DNA of 36,707 nucleotides from an uncultured Thermococci archaeon (GTDB lineage: Archaea > Methanobacteriota_B > Thermococci > Methanofastidiosales > NM3). The stretch's first letter is position 1. Every line of letters begins with the position of its first letter. Below the pieces are notes generated by a model. It saw nothing but the letters and a program-made list of their open reading frames with translations. It was not told where the DNA came from and searched no databases. This document shows, piece after piece, positions 17,807-26,985 of the stretch. A program made the position numbers and the translations under genes. The stretch is taken from contig CAYSZY010000001.1 of assembly GCA_964435645.1 (NCBI GenBank), positions 1 to 36,707 on the forward strand, given 5' to 3'.

Positions 17807-18752
17807 GAAACCATGGACAGAAAAATACAGGCCCCATACGTTGAAAGATATCGTTGGGAGGCCGTACATCATCGAGCGGCTCCAGTCATACGTCCAGAAG
17901 AAAAACATGCCCCACCTCATGTTTGCGGGTCCCGCTGGTGTCGGCAAGACAACATCCGCGCTCGCGCTTGCCAAAGACCTATACGGGGACACCTGGCGCC
18001 AGAACTTCCAAGAGACAAACGCATCCGACGAGCGGGGCATCAACGTGGTGCGCGAGCGGATCAAGGACTTTGCCAGGACCATGGCGATAGACGGTACATT
18101 CAAGATCATATTCCTGGACGAGTGCGACGCACTCACCAACGATGCGCAAAACGCTCTGAGGAGGACCATGGAGGTCTACACATCGACCTGCCGATTCATC
18201 CTTTCCTGCAACTACTCATCAAAGATAATATCCCCCATCCAGTCGCGCTGCGCCATATTCAGATTTGGGCCGCTCTCGGAAGACGCGATAGAGGCGAAGA
18301 TACGGATGATAGCAAAGACCGAGGGCATCGTGGTCACAGACGACGGCATGGGCGCCATCAGGTATATCGCCGACGGCGACATGCGCAAGGCCGAAAACAC
18401 GCTGCAGGCAGCCGCATTTATCGGCGAAGAGATAACGGAGGAGATAGTATACCAGGTCTCGTCGCGGGCAAGGCCCGAGGAGATACGGGACATGGTGTCA
18501 GCCGCCGTTTCCGGAAACTTCATGGCAGCACGCAAGCTGCTTGACACGCTGCTTATAGATAAGGGATTGTCCGGCGATGACGTCATCATGCAGATGCACC
18601 GCCAGATAATCACGGAAGAGTCGCTTTCCGACGACGTGCGCATAGATATCGTGGACAAGATAGGCGAACACGAGTTCCGGCTTGTCGAAGGGGCCAATGA
18701 GCGCATACAGCTCGAGGCGCTTCTGGCACGCCTTTCGAAGACAGCAAGGTAA
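17796..18752 (+). CDS. rfcS: Replication factor C small subunit
   Basis: PWTEKYRP, GPAGVGKTT, ILDECD, SRC and further RFC boxes. The ATG at 17787 is an alternative. It overlaps the upstream regulator by 11 nt. Confidence 0.9.
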   Translation: MNFEKPWTEKYRPHTLKDIVGRPYIIERLQSYVQKKNMPHLMFAGPAGVGKTTSALALAKDLYGDTWRQNFQETNASDERGINVVRERIKDFARTMAIDGTFKIIFLDECDALTNDAQNALRRTMEVYTSTCRFILSCNYSSKIISPIQSRCAIFRFGPLSEDAIEAKIRMIAKTEGIVVTDDGMGAIRYIADGDMRKAENTLQAAAFIGEEITEEIVYQVSSRARPEEIRDMVSAAVSGNFMAARKLLDTLLIDKGLSGDDVIMQMHRQIITEESLSDDVRIDIVDKIGEHEFRLVEGANERIQLEALLARLSKTAR

Positions 18753-18757
18753 CACGC

Positions 18758-20116
18758 ATGTACAACGAGACCCATATGCCACGGAGGTTCGGGGACCTCC
18801 ACGGCCAGAACAAACCTCTCAAAGAGCTCATCGCCTGGATAAACACCTGGCCTAAGGGCCGCAAGGCACTCATCATCCACGGCCCGTCAGGCTCGGGGAA
18901 GACCAGTGCCATCTACGTTATGAAGCACGAGATGAATCTCGACCTCATCGAGCTCAACACGTCTGACGTGCGGGATTCGGAGACCATAACACGTATTGTG
19001 GGCAACGCCGCGACATCCCAGGCGCTGTTCGCCTCACGCAAGGTGATCCTTATCGACGAGGCGGAAAACATCAAGGGAAGCACGGACTCGGGGGGGATGA
19101 AGACGCTTGGCTCCGTCATCAAGGAGACCAAAAATCCCATCATCCTCATTGCAAACGACTACTACAAGCTCCCCGATACCATACGGCGCATATCCGACGA
19201 CATCAGATTCAATACGCTCAGGCCAGCAAGCATAAAAAATCGCCTGAGGGAAATAGCGGACCTTGAAGGGGTATCGGTCGATGACGCAACCCTCGAGTCG
19301 CTTGCGTCGATGGCGGGCGGCGACATGCGGGCGGCCATAAACGACATGGAGTCACTGGGCGAGTCCATCACCCCGGGCATGCTTGCCCATCTTGCGCCAC
19401 GGGATTCCGAAAGCTCGATATTCAATGGGCTAAGCGCCGTGTTCAAGTCCCAGAGCATAGATTGCAGAAAGGTCTTTTTTGATATTGACAAGCCGCCTGA
19501 AGAAATTCTTTACTGGATTGATGAAAACATGCCCCGCGCATACCAGCCGCAGGACAGGGAGCGTGCCTACTACTACCTCTCCCGCGCTGACATTTTCCTG
19601 GGCAGGGTGCGGCGCAGGCAGTATTACCGATTCTGGGCATATGCCATGGACCTCATGACCGGCGGCGTATCGGTATCGCGGACCGAGCCGCTCACCTTCG
19701 CGAGATTCGAGTCCCCGTCGTTTTTTAAGGCGCTGGGGCGTACAAAGGCGAGGCGGAAGCAGCTTAAGGCCGCACTGTTAAAAATCGGCGCAAAAACGCA
19801 CTCCTCGAGCCATGATGCACGGGAGTTCCTCCCGCTGCTGCGATACGCGTGCGCCGATGTCCCCTCGGGTATAAGCGTCATGAAATACTTCGAGCTTGAA
19901 CCGGAAGAGTTCGAGGTGGTGGCCCCCGCCACTGCAAAAGAGATAATCTCATTCAAGAAAGAGGATGACGCCCGCAAGGACCGGGAAGCCAAAAAGCGCC
20001 TCGACCGGGAGAAGCGGCAAAAAGAGAAGCAATCAGAGAAGGAAGCGCAAAAGGCAACGCTCCCGAAGGCGACGAAAAAGGGATCGTCCCAGCAGACCTC
20101 GCTGTTCCAGTTCTAA
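18758..20116 (+). CDS. rfcL: Replication factor C large subunit
   Basis: 452 aa. HGPSGSGKTS Walker A and LIDEAE. Lys/Glu-rich C-terminal tail ending in the PIP-like QQTSLFQF. Confidence 0.9.
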   Translation: MYNETHMPRRFGDLHGQNKPLKELIAWINTWPKGRKALIIHGPSGSGKTSAIYVMKHEMNLDLIELNTSDVRDSETITRIVGNAATSQALFASRKVILIDEAENIKGSTDSGGMKTLGSVIKETKNPIILIANDYYKLPDTIRRISDDIRFNTLRPASIKNRLREIADLEGVSVDDATLESLASMAGGDMRAAINDMESLGESITPGMLAHLAPRDSESSIFNGLSAVFKSQSIDCRKVFFDIDKPPEEILYWIDENMPRAYQPQDRERAYYYLSRADIFLGRVRRRQYYRFWAYAMDLMTGGVSVSRTEPLTFARFESPSFFKALGRTKARRKQLKAALLKIGAKTHSSSHDAREFLPLLRYACADVPSGISVMKYFELEPEEFEVVAPATAKEIISFKKEDDARKDREAKKRLDREKRQKEKQSEKEAQKATLPKATKKGSSQQTSLFQF

Positions 20117-21177
20117 CCGAGCAGGGAGAAGAGATTTTTTCCAAGCACCGCCAGGAGTCGGGGATTCCCGATAAGGATCCGCGCAAGGGAGGAGTGATTG
20201 TCATAGTCCCCCTCAGACTCGATGCGGCCGCTGTTCTCACACAGCACGTCAAAGACCCGGGACAAATCCCGGTCTGACATGGTCTCGTAGACCTTGCGTG
20301 TTGACAAGCCGAACGATATTTCCCGCCCGTACTCCTTTTGCCATGCGGAAGGGTATGCGGATATGCTGCCGCCCCCAACAGCCGACGCGAGCATTTCAGA
20401 CGCGGAGAGCCCATAGTGGAGGCCGCCGCCGCTAAGCGGCTTTACCTGTGCCGCCGCATCTCCGACGAGTACTGCATTTCCGCATACAAGCTCCGTCCGC
20501 CCGACGGGTATCGGCGCGGAAAACGATGAGAGCACCTCGCCTGACACCCCATACTTCGCCTTAAACGCCTCAAGCCCCGATACATTGCCCACGGTGCCCA
20601 CGCGCGCGATGCCGCTGCCCTCCGGTATCACCCACGAGAAAAAGGGGCGGGAAAGCTCAACAGTCACCATGGATTCATCTTCCACGTCTGTCCGAATACG
20701 CTGCTGGCATGCGCCATACAGCGAGACCGACGCATCGAAGTGAAGTGACCTGCGCACGATGGAGCAGGGGCCATCGGCACCGATTACCATATCTGCAGCA
20801 TAGGACGCATCAGGCGTCTTAACGGAATACGTCCCCGTCCCTTCCCGTGAGACGGAGGTGACGCGCGTAGAAAAGGAGATGTCGAGGCCGTCTGAGAAGC
20901 GCATGTCAAAGGACCGCCGGTCCAGGACATGAGCGACACCTTTGCGCCGCAGGGAAAGCGAACGGCCCCCAAAGTGCACCGTGGCGCCGTCGATGCGATT
21001 GATGACCGCGGCGTCCCCGAACTTTTCGATAAGCGACGTTCCGACGAGTCCAGCACAGTTGACGGGAGTGCCGACTTCCCCGTGCTCCTCGATAACAGTG
21101 ACATCATGGCCCTGCCGCTGCAGCAACTGGGAGACGTACAGGCCGCAAGGCCCCCCTCCAACGGTCACAATGCGCAT
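20113..21177 (-). CDS. Geranylgeranyl reductase-family FAD-dependent oxidoreductase
   Basis: MRIVTVGGGPCG...VTVIEEH...NCAGLV dinucleotide-binding fold and a GDAA motif. Start moved from 21243 to 21177 to begin at the Rossmann motif and avoid overlapping tag. Confidence 0.8.
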   Translation of the reverse strand: MRIVTVGGGPCGLYVSQLLQRQGHDVTVIEEHGEVGTPVNCAGLVGTSLIEKFGDAAVINRIDGATVHFGGRSLSLRRKGVAHVLDRRSFDMRFSDGLDISFSTRVTSVSREGTGTYSVKTPDASYAADMVIGADGPCSIVRRSLHFDASVSLYGACQQRIRTDVEDESMVTVELSRPFFSWVIPEGSGIARVGTVGNVSGLEAFKAKYGVSGEVLSSFSAPIPVGRTELVCGNAVLVGDAAAQVKPLSGGGLHYGLSASEMLASAVGGGSISAYPSAWQKEYGREISFGLSTRKVYETMSDRDLSRVFDVLCENSGRIESEGDYDNHSSLARILIGNPRLLAVLGKNLFSLLG

Positions 21178-21218
21178 AATGGAACTCACGTATAATGGTT
21201 TATATGCATTACGCCCCA

Positions 21219-21779
21219 TCAGACCTCGCCGTAGCGAAAGCACGAAACGAGATGGTCGTTTACCATCCCCACAGCCTGCATAAACGAGTAGCAGATGGTA
21301 GGGCCGACGAATGAGAATCCCCTTCTCTTGAGGTCAGTTCCCATCGCTTCCGCCTCGGGGATGAACTTTGGCGCCCCCTCGAAGGACGCATAGCCGTGCC
21401 GTATGGGCTTCCCTCCGACAAATCTCCATATGTAGGCGTCAAACGTGCCGAACTCCTGCTGCACCGCATGGAATCGCTTGGCGTTGTTGATGATTGCACG
21501 CATCTTGAGGCGATTGCGTATGAGCGAATCGTTGTGCATGAGCGCTTCGTATTGTTCCTCCCCGTAGAGGGCTATGGCATCCGGATCGAATCCGTCAAGC
21601 GCCTTCCAGTACGCCTCGCGCTTGTTGAGGACTGTCTCCCAGCTTAGCCCCGCCTGCAGGCCCTCAAGTATAAGAAACTCAAAAAGGGCCCGGTCGTCAT
21701 GCACCGGGACGCCCCATTCGGTATCATGATATGCAATATACAGGGGATTTTCCGTCTTCCAGCACCGGATACGTTCCAT
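21219..21779 (-). CDS. tag: DNA-3-methyladenine glycosylase I
   Basis: 186 aa. RCWKTENPLYIAYHDTEWGVPVHDDRALFEFLILEGLQAGLSW...VGPTICYSFMQAVGMVNDH is Tag-like throughout. Confidence 0.9.
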   Translation of the reverse strand: MERIRCWKTENPLYIAYHDTEWGVPVHDDRALFEFLILEGLQAGLSWETVLNKREAYWKALDGFDPDAIALYGEEQYEALMHNDSLIRNRLKMRAIINNAKRFHAVQQEFGTFDAYIWRFVGGKPIRHGYASFEGAPKFIPEAEAMGTDLKRRGFSFVGPTICYSFMQAVGMVNDHLVSCFRYGEV

Positions 21780-21816
21780 GGTCTACTGTCGGCCCCGAAA
21801 TATAAAAGTGTCACTC

Positions 21817-22641
21817 CTAAACGAATACCGTGCTGCCAAGGCGCCGTATGACATCGCCCGCTGCACTGGGATCCAGCGACAGCACGATGGCATTGTGCTC
21901 GCATGCATGGACACACCGCCCGCACCCCCTGCATGCATCAGATACCACCGCAGCGCCATCCTGCAGCGATATGGCGCCGACAAAGCAGACGCCCCTTGTG
22001 CAGCTGCCGCAGCCCGTGCACGCCCCGGTGACGGCAACGGACACACCCGGCATGCGTGAGACCTTGCCCTGTAGCGCAGGGGCAAGCGACGGCAGCATCA
22101 TCCATAGGCAGCAGCATGGGCAGCAGTTGCATATGGTCATAAGACGCTCAGGGGGCCCCGTCCCGAGCCATACGGCGTCAAGCTTGTTGCGCCCGACCAG
22201 ATGTACAAGCCCCGCGGCCCGGCATCGGGCGACATGTTCCCGCGCCTCCTCTCGTGTAGCGGCGTGTCCCAGCGCGGGATTGATACGCTTTGCCGCATCG
22301 CCGAGAAAGAGGCACCCGAGGTCGCGAGGGTAGTCTGTGCACTTCGCCGACTCCCTGCAGATGCAGAAGTCCATGATAAAAAAATGGGATGCCCCATCGA
22401 TAAAGTGGTCAAGGACCGCCGGTGGCATCACCAGCGACGACATCTGCCCAAGATCACGCCCCACCGTGATGGATTCCACGCGTGGAAGGTAATACAGCTC
22501 GTCCCCCTCGAAAAGGAACCTGTCGATCACAGGCCCGATCAGGGGGGCGCGGGTCAGAAGCGCCAGCCGGTGCCGAAACGCAAATCCCTTTGACAGCATT
22601 CTGACCAAAACGGGGCGCCGTGGATGGGATTTAGCGGACAT
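21817..22641 (-). CDS. Fe-S cluster-binding protein with a C-terminal 2x[4Fe-4S] ferredoxin domain
   Basis: 274 aa. A CNCCPCCC motif followed by CTGCGSCTRGC and CRGCGRCVHAC. Confidence 0.65.
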   Translation of the reverse strand: MSAKSHPRRPVLVRMLSKGFAFRHRLALLTRAPLIGPVIDRFLFEGDELYYLPRVESITVGRDLGQMSSLVMPPAVLDHFIDGASHFFIMDFCICRESAKCTDYPRDLGCLFLGDAAKRINPALGHAATREEAREHVARCRAAGLVHLVGRNKLDAVWLGTGPPERLMTICNCCPCCCLWMMLPSLAPALQGKVSRMPGVSVAVTGACTGCGSCTRGVCFVGAISLQDGAAVVSDACRGCGRCVHACEHNAIVLSLDPSAAGDVIRRLGSTVFV

Positions 22642-22720
22642 TACCTATAGTGGACAAAACGGGTATAAGAGTGTTACGATTACTTTTTATTACTCAATAG
22701 AGCAATAAGTTTATATATAG

Positions 22721-22736
22721 TTACTCATATGAGTAA
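22721..22736. promoter_or_regulatory. Perfect 16-bp palindrome TTACTCATATGAGTAA just downstream of the TATA box (TTTATATA, 22710-22717)
   Basis: Perfect dyad at the expected TSS of the DUF134 gene. A related imperfect dyad, TTATTACTCAATAGAGCAATAA, lies at 22687-22708 in the same divergent promoter region. Confidence 0.5.
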
Positions 22737-22752
22737 TACAGGATGTGACAGT

Positions 22753-23076
22753 ATGAGACATTGCCACGGACAGGGAAGGGGTCGGGCGCGTGCGCCGAGA
22801 CGTATCGGGCAGCGCCCGATGTGCACGGAATACGCCCCATCCCCTAAAAATGCGGGACCGGCGGACACTACCGTCATATGCGTCAGCGAGCTTGAGGTCC
22901 TCAGGCTTGTCGACGTGCTCGGGTATACCCAGGAACAGGCCGCTGAGGCCATGGGCGTCTCAAGAAAGACGGCTTGGGCGGACATCAAGGCCGCCCGGAA
23001 AAAGCTTGTGCTCGCGCTGCTCCTCGGCAATCAGATACACATTTGCGAAGACGCGCACACATCCACAAAGGAGTGA
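22753..23076 (+). CDS. DUF134 (UPF0251) family putative DNA-binding protein
   Basis: Arg-rich N-terminus (GRGRARAPRRI) followed by ELEVLRLVDVLGYTQEQAAEAMGVSRKTAWADIKAARKKL, a sigma-70 region-4-like HTH. The ATG at 22729 lies inside the operator/TSS region, so I prefer 22753. Confidence 0.75.
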   Translation: MRHCHGQGRGRARAPRRIGQRPMCTEYAPSPKNAGPADTTVICVSELEVLRLVDVLGYTQEQAAEAMGVSRKTAWADIKAARKKLVLALLLGNQIHICEDAHTSTKE

Positions 23077-23082
23077 AAAACT

Positions 23083-23364
23083 ATGCCAGGTAGAGATGGA
23101 ACAGGCCCACTCTTCCTCGGACCCGGTACCGGGTGGGGAAGAGGGCGCTGCAGAGTGAAAACAGGGATCGAACCGATAGAACCCATCAATCCCCAGTGGT
23201 TGGGGCGAGGTAGGGGCGGATACGGTGTACAGATGCGCAGATACGAGACGATCACTGAAATGACAAAAGAAGAGCGAGCAACACTGCTCAATCAGCGCCT
23301 CGAAGTAATTGAGCAGGCCATGGAGCGCATCAAGGCCCAGCTTGCCGACATCAACAAAGAGTAG
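23083..23364 (+). CDS. DUF5320 family protein
   Basis: MPGRDGTGPLFLGPGTGWGRGRC N-terminus and a C-terminal coiled coil. It is the usual partner of DUF134 genes. Confidence 0.7.
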   Translation: MPGRDGTGPLFLGPGTGWGRGRCRVKTGIEPIEPINPQWLGRGRGGYGVQMRRYETITEMTKEERATLLNQRLEVIEQAMERIKAQLADINKE

Positions 23365-23366
23365 CG

Positions 23367-23840
23367 CTACCAGAAGCTGCAACCGCGGTCACGGTGCTTC
23401 TCGAAATACTGCTGATGGTACTCTTCAGCGCGGTAGAACGGCCATGCGTGCTCGATTTGGGTCACAATGGGCCGAGGAAACGCGCTGGATGCCTCCATCC
23501 GCTGCAGTGATGCCTTGGCCGCCGCACACTGCACATCCCCGTGGCAGAATATGGCGGACCGATACTGGGAACCGACATCGGGGCCCTGGCGGTCTTTTGT
23601 CGTGGGGTTGTGGATTTTCCAGAACACGTCAAGAAGGCGCTCATACGCCACTATAGAGGGGTCGAAGACGATACGGACCGCCTCTGCATGCCCGGTGACA
23701 CCGGTGCAGACATCCTTATAGGTTGGATTTAAGGTTGTACCCCCTGTGTACCCTACTTCTGTGGATACCACGCCCGTAACCTTTCTAAATGCTGCCTCAA
23801 CACCCCAAAAGCATCCCGCGGCGAATGTTGCCGTTTCCAT
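23367..23840 (-). CDS. msrA: Peptide methionine (S)-S-oxide reductase MsrA
   Basis: 157 aa. Active-site motif [15 protein letters not shown], plus YHQQYF. Confidence 0.92.
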   Translation of the reverse strand: METATFAAGCFWGVEAAFRKVTGVVSTEVGYTGGTTLNPTYKDVCTGVTGHAEAVRIVFDPSIVAYERLLDVFWKIHNPTTKDRQGPDVGSQYRSAIFCHGDVQCAAAKASLQRMEASSAFPRPIVTQIEHAWPFYRAEEYHQQYFEKHRDRGCSFW

Positions 23841-24091
23841 GGGTATACTTTTACCGTTGTACTATTATATAATGTTTGCACATTATTGGAATATTCATTC
23901 GCCCATATGCAGGTGCCCGCGGCGTGCGCTCCCCCGATACCGAAAATTATTTATTAGCGCCACCATCTTTTACCTTGATTATCATGGATACAAGTAGCGA
24001 TACTGGTGAATGCTTTTTGCGTTCGCTCCAATAGGATTGCTTACAACGTGCCCGTGCCCCTTTTCGCTAACAATTATTACCGGTGTATTAG

Positions 24092-26905
24092 ATGACCTTA
24101 GATTTCAATGAAATGGAAAAAAAATGGCAGAGGCGATGGGGAGAAGCCCGACTCTTTGAGGCATCCCCTGACGACCGCGAGAAATTTTTCCTCAACATCC
24201 CTTATCCGTACATGAACGGATTTCTTCATATAGGGCGGCTTTTTACCTACCTACGGGGAGAGGTACTCGCCCGATACAAGCGCATGAACGGGTACAATGT
24301 GCTGTTCCCCTTCGGATTCCATTGTACAGGTAGCCCCATCGTGAATGCGGCAAAACGCATAGCCGAGGGCGAGGAGGGGCAGACATCCATACTCCTGAAG
24401 ATGGGGATTGACGAGAATCTCATACCCAACTTCGCAGACCCCGTCTACTGGACAGAGTTCTTCCCGCGGATGACAAAGATTCACCTGCAGGACATGGGGA
24501 TGTCAATCGACTGGAGAAGGTCATTTATCACCACGTCGCTCAATCCTCACTACGACCGATTCATACAATGGCAGTTTGAGACGCTCAGGGAGCGTAACTA
24601 TGTAATTAAGGGTGCACATCCCGTCATCTGGTGCAGCTGCTGCCAAAACCCCGTCAGCGACCACAGCCGCCTCGAGGGGGAGGGGGAAACGCCCCAGGAG
24701 TTCACACTGCTCAAGTTCTCATTGGGCACAGAATATCTCATGGCCGCCACACTGCGGCCTGAAACGGTGTACGGCCAGACGAATCTGTGGATAGACCCGG
24801 ACGAGACGTACGTCCGCGCCCGCGTTGGCGACGAGGTATGGATCGTCTCGGCCCCCTGTGCCCAAAAGCTTAGCGACCAGGAAAAGGATGTCGAGCCGCT
24901 CGGGACGGTGGAAGGCAGCGAGCTTATCGGCAAAACGGCTGTTGCACCGGTCATCGATCGCCCCTTGCTCATCCTCCCGTCGGCGTTTTGTGACCCCGAC
25001 AAGGGAACTGGAATCGTTACCAGCGTCCCGTCTGACGCCCCTGACGACTGGATGGGCCTGTTTGACCTGCAGCACGATGCCTCACTGCTCGAGAAGCACG
25101 GCCTGTGCAAGGAGGACATTATAGCGATAGAACCGGTGTCAATCCTTTCATCCAAGGGATGGGGCCCGCTTCCGGCAAAGGAGATCTGCGAAAAGATGGG
25201 CGTGCGCAATCAGCACGACCGCGAAAAGCTCACCAAGGCGAAAAAGGAGATATACAAGTCGGGATTCTATACGGGAGTAATGAATGAGGCCTGCGGGGAG
25301 TACGTGGGGCTCAGCGTCGAGGAAGCCAAGGAACGAATCAAGCAGATGATGATTGATACCGGCAAGGCCGACATCATGTACGAACCCTCTGGTACGATTA
25401 TCTGCCGCTGCCTTACCAAGTGCACCGTAAAAATAGTCCGGAACCAGTACTTCATGGCGTACGGCGACCCCGAATGGAAAGCGCTTGTCCACAAGTGCGT
25501 CGACAACATGGGGTTTGTCCCAGAGGTCATCCGCAAGCAGTTCGAATACGTTGTTGACTGGCTCAACAACTGGGCATGCACACGGAAGGTCGGGCTTGGA
25601 ACCTCACTTCCATGGGATGATGAGTGGATGATAGAGTCACTGTCAGACTCGACAATATACATGGCGTTCTATACCATAGCACACAAGATTACGGAGATAG
25701 ACCCGGAACGGCTCGACAAGAAGTTTTTCGATTACGTGTTCTTCGGGAAAGGGACGCCGGAAGAGGCGGCAGACTCCATTGGGAAGGATGCTTCGTTTGC
25801 CCAGGAGCTTCATGACGAGTTCAACTACTGGTACCCCATCGACATACGGACGTCAGGCAAAGACCTTATCCAGAATCACCTGGCGTTCTGCCTCTTCAAC
25901 CATGCAGCGCTCTTCCCCGAGCGCCACTGGCCACGGGCCATGGGCGTCAACGGGTGGCTCATGGTTGACAAGGAAAAGATGAGCTCGTCGAAAGGCAATG
26001 TGTTCACGTCCGACGACATGAGGGGAAAATACGGCGCAGACGTAGTGAGAATCGGGCTCATGTTCAGCGGGGAGGGCGTGGACGACCCCAACTGGGAAAC
26101 GAACTTCGTCGAGACCATGGGGGACAGGCTCGAGTCATGGTACCACTTCGCACAGGAGTATTACAGCAAAGGGCGCAGCGACACACGATACATCGACAGG
26201 TGGTTTGAGTCCGTGGCCGTCACCATCGTGTCGGAGGTGGGGGACGCCATAGAGAACATGATGTACCGGACAGCCATACAGAAAGGATACTTCGACTTCC
26301 AGCGGGCCCTCAAGTGGTATCTCAGGAGAACCGACGTACCCAACAAGGCGCTTATCAGCAAGGCCATCGAGGTGCAGACCCTCATGCTTGCGCCGTTCTG
26401 CCCCCATATCGCAGAGGAGATATGGGAAATGATTGGTAAGGAAGGCTTCATATCCGCTGCGCCCTGGCCGGCTGCATGGGCGGACGTGGACCCCCAGATG
26501 CTTATGGCAGAGGACTTCACCAAGGGTGTCATAGACGACATCAAGGAAATACTGCGTGTGGCAAAGATAGAGGATCCCAAAGCGGTCTACATCTACACCA
26601 GCCCCGGGTGGAAATGGGACGTTATGGAAATAGCTTCCGATGAACAGGACCTCAAAAAGGCCATGGCACGCGTTATGCAGGACGAAGCCATGCGAAAGCG
26701 AGGCAAGGGCGCCTCAAAGCTGCTTACTTCGATTATCAGCAACAAACGGTACATGGACCGATTTGACGAGGCTGAAATCCTTACACAGGCGCTCGGATTC
26801 ATCTCGTCGGAAATTGGATATCCGGTGCAAATCGACGCAGACTACGACCCCGATGGCAAGAATCAGATTGCCACTCCGGGAAGGGTAGCGATTTACATCG
26901 AATAA
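24092..26905 (+). CDS. leuS: Leucyl-tRNA synthetase, archaeal type, with atypical HIGH and KMSKS motifs
   Basis: 937 aa, collinear with archaeal LeuRS: WQRRW, NVLFPFGFHCTGSPI, the CP1 editing motifs GTGIVTSVPSDAPDD, ESLSDSTIYMAFYT and a C-terminal PGRVAIYIE. The signature motifs read HIGR (24227-24238) and KMSSS (25976-25990). Confidence 0.88.
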   Translation: MTLDFNEMEKKWQRRWGEARLFEASPDDREKFFLNIPYPYMNGFLHIGRLFTYLRGEVLARYKRMNGYNVLFPFGFHCTGSPIVNAAKRIAEGEEGQTSILLKMGIDENLIPNFADPVYWTEFFPRMTKIHLQDMGMSIDWRRSFITTSLNPHYDRFIQWQFETLRERNYVIKGAHPVIWCSCCQNPVSDHSRLEGEGETPQEFTLLKFSLGTEYLMAATLRPETVYGQTNLWIDPDETYVRARVGDEVWIVSAPCAQKLSDQEKDVEPLGTVEGSELIGKTAVAPVIDRPLLILPSAFCDPDKGTGIVTSVPSDAPDDWMGLFDLQHDASLLEKHGLCKEDIIAIEPVSILSSKGWGPLPAKEICEKMGVRNQHDREKLTKAKKEIYKSGFYTGVMNEACGEYVGLSVEEAKERIKQMMIDTGKADIMYEPSGTIICRCLTKCTVKIVRNQYFMAYGDPEWKALVHKCVDNMGFVPEVIRKQFEYVVDWLNNWACTRKVGLGTSLPWDDEWMIESLSDSTIYMAFYTIAHKITEIDPERLDKKFFDYVFFGKGTPEEAADSIGKDASFAQELHDEFNYWYPIDIRTSGKDLIQNHLAFCLFNHAALFPERHWPRAMGVNGWLMVDKEKMSSSKGNVFTSDDMRGKYGADVVRIGLMFSGEGVDDPNWETNFVETMGDRLESWYHFAQEYYSKGRSDTRYIDRWFESVAVTIVSEVGDAIENMMYRTAIQKGYFDFQRALKWYLRRTDVPNKALISKAIEVQTLMLAPFCPHIAEEIWEMIGKEGFISAAPWPAAWADVDPQMLMAEDFTKGVIDDIKEILRVAKIEDPKAVYIYTSPGWKWDVMEIASDEQDLKKAMARVMQDEAMRKRGKGASKLLTSIISNKRYMDRFDEAEILTQALGFISSEIGYPVQIDADYDPDGKNQIATPGRVAIYIE

Positions 26906-26916
26906 CCAGGGAAATA

Positions 26917-26947
26917 ATGTGGTGTGCATTGCTATGCCACATTTTTC
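26917..26947 (+). terminator. Hairpin ATGTGG...CCACAT followed by a T-run, downstream of leuS
   Basis: 6-bp stem (26917-26922 / 26937-26942) followed by TTTTT. Archaeal termination commonly uses oligo-T tracts. Confidence 0.35.
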
Positions 26948-26985
26948 CAAAACCTTTTTAATTTTTCTACTTTATATCCATTTCC

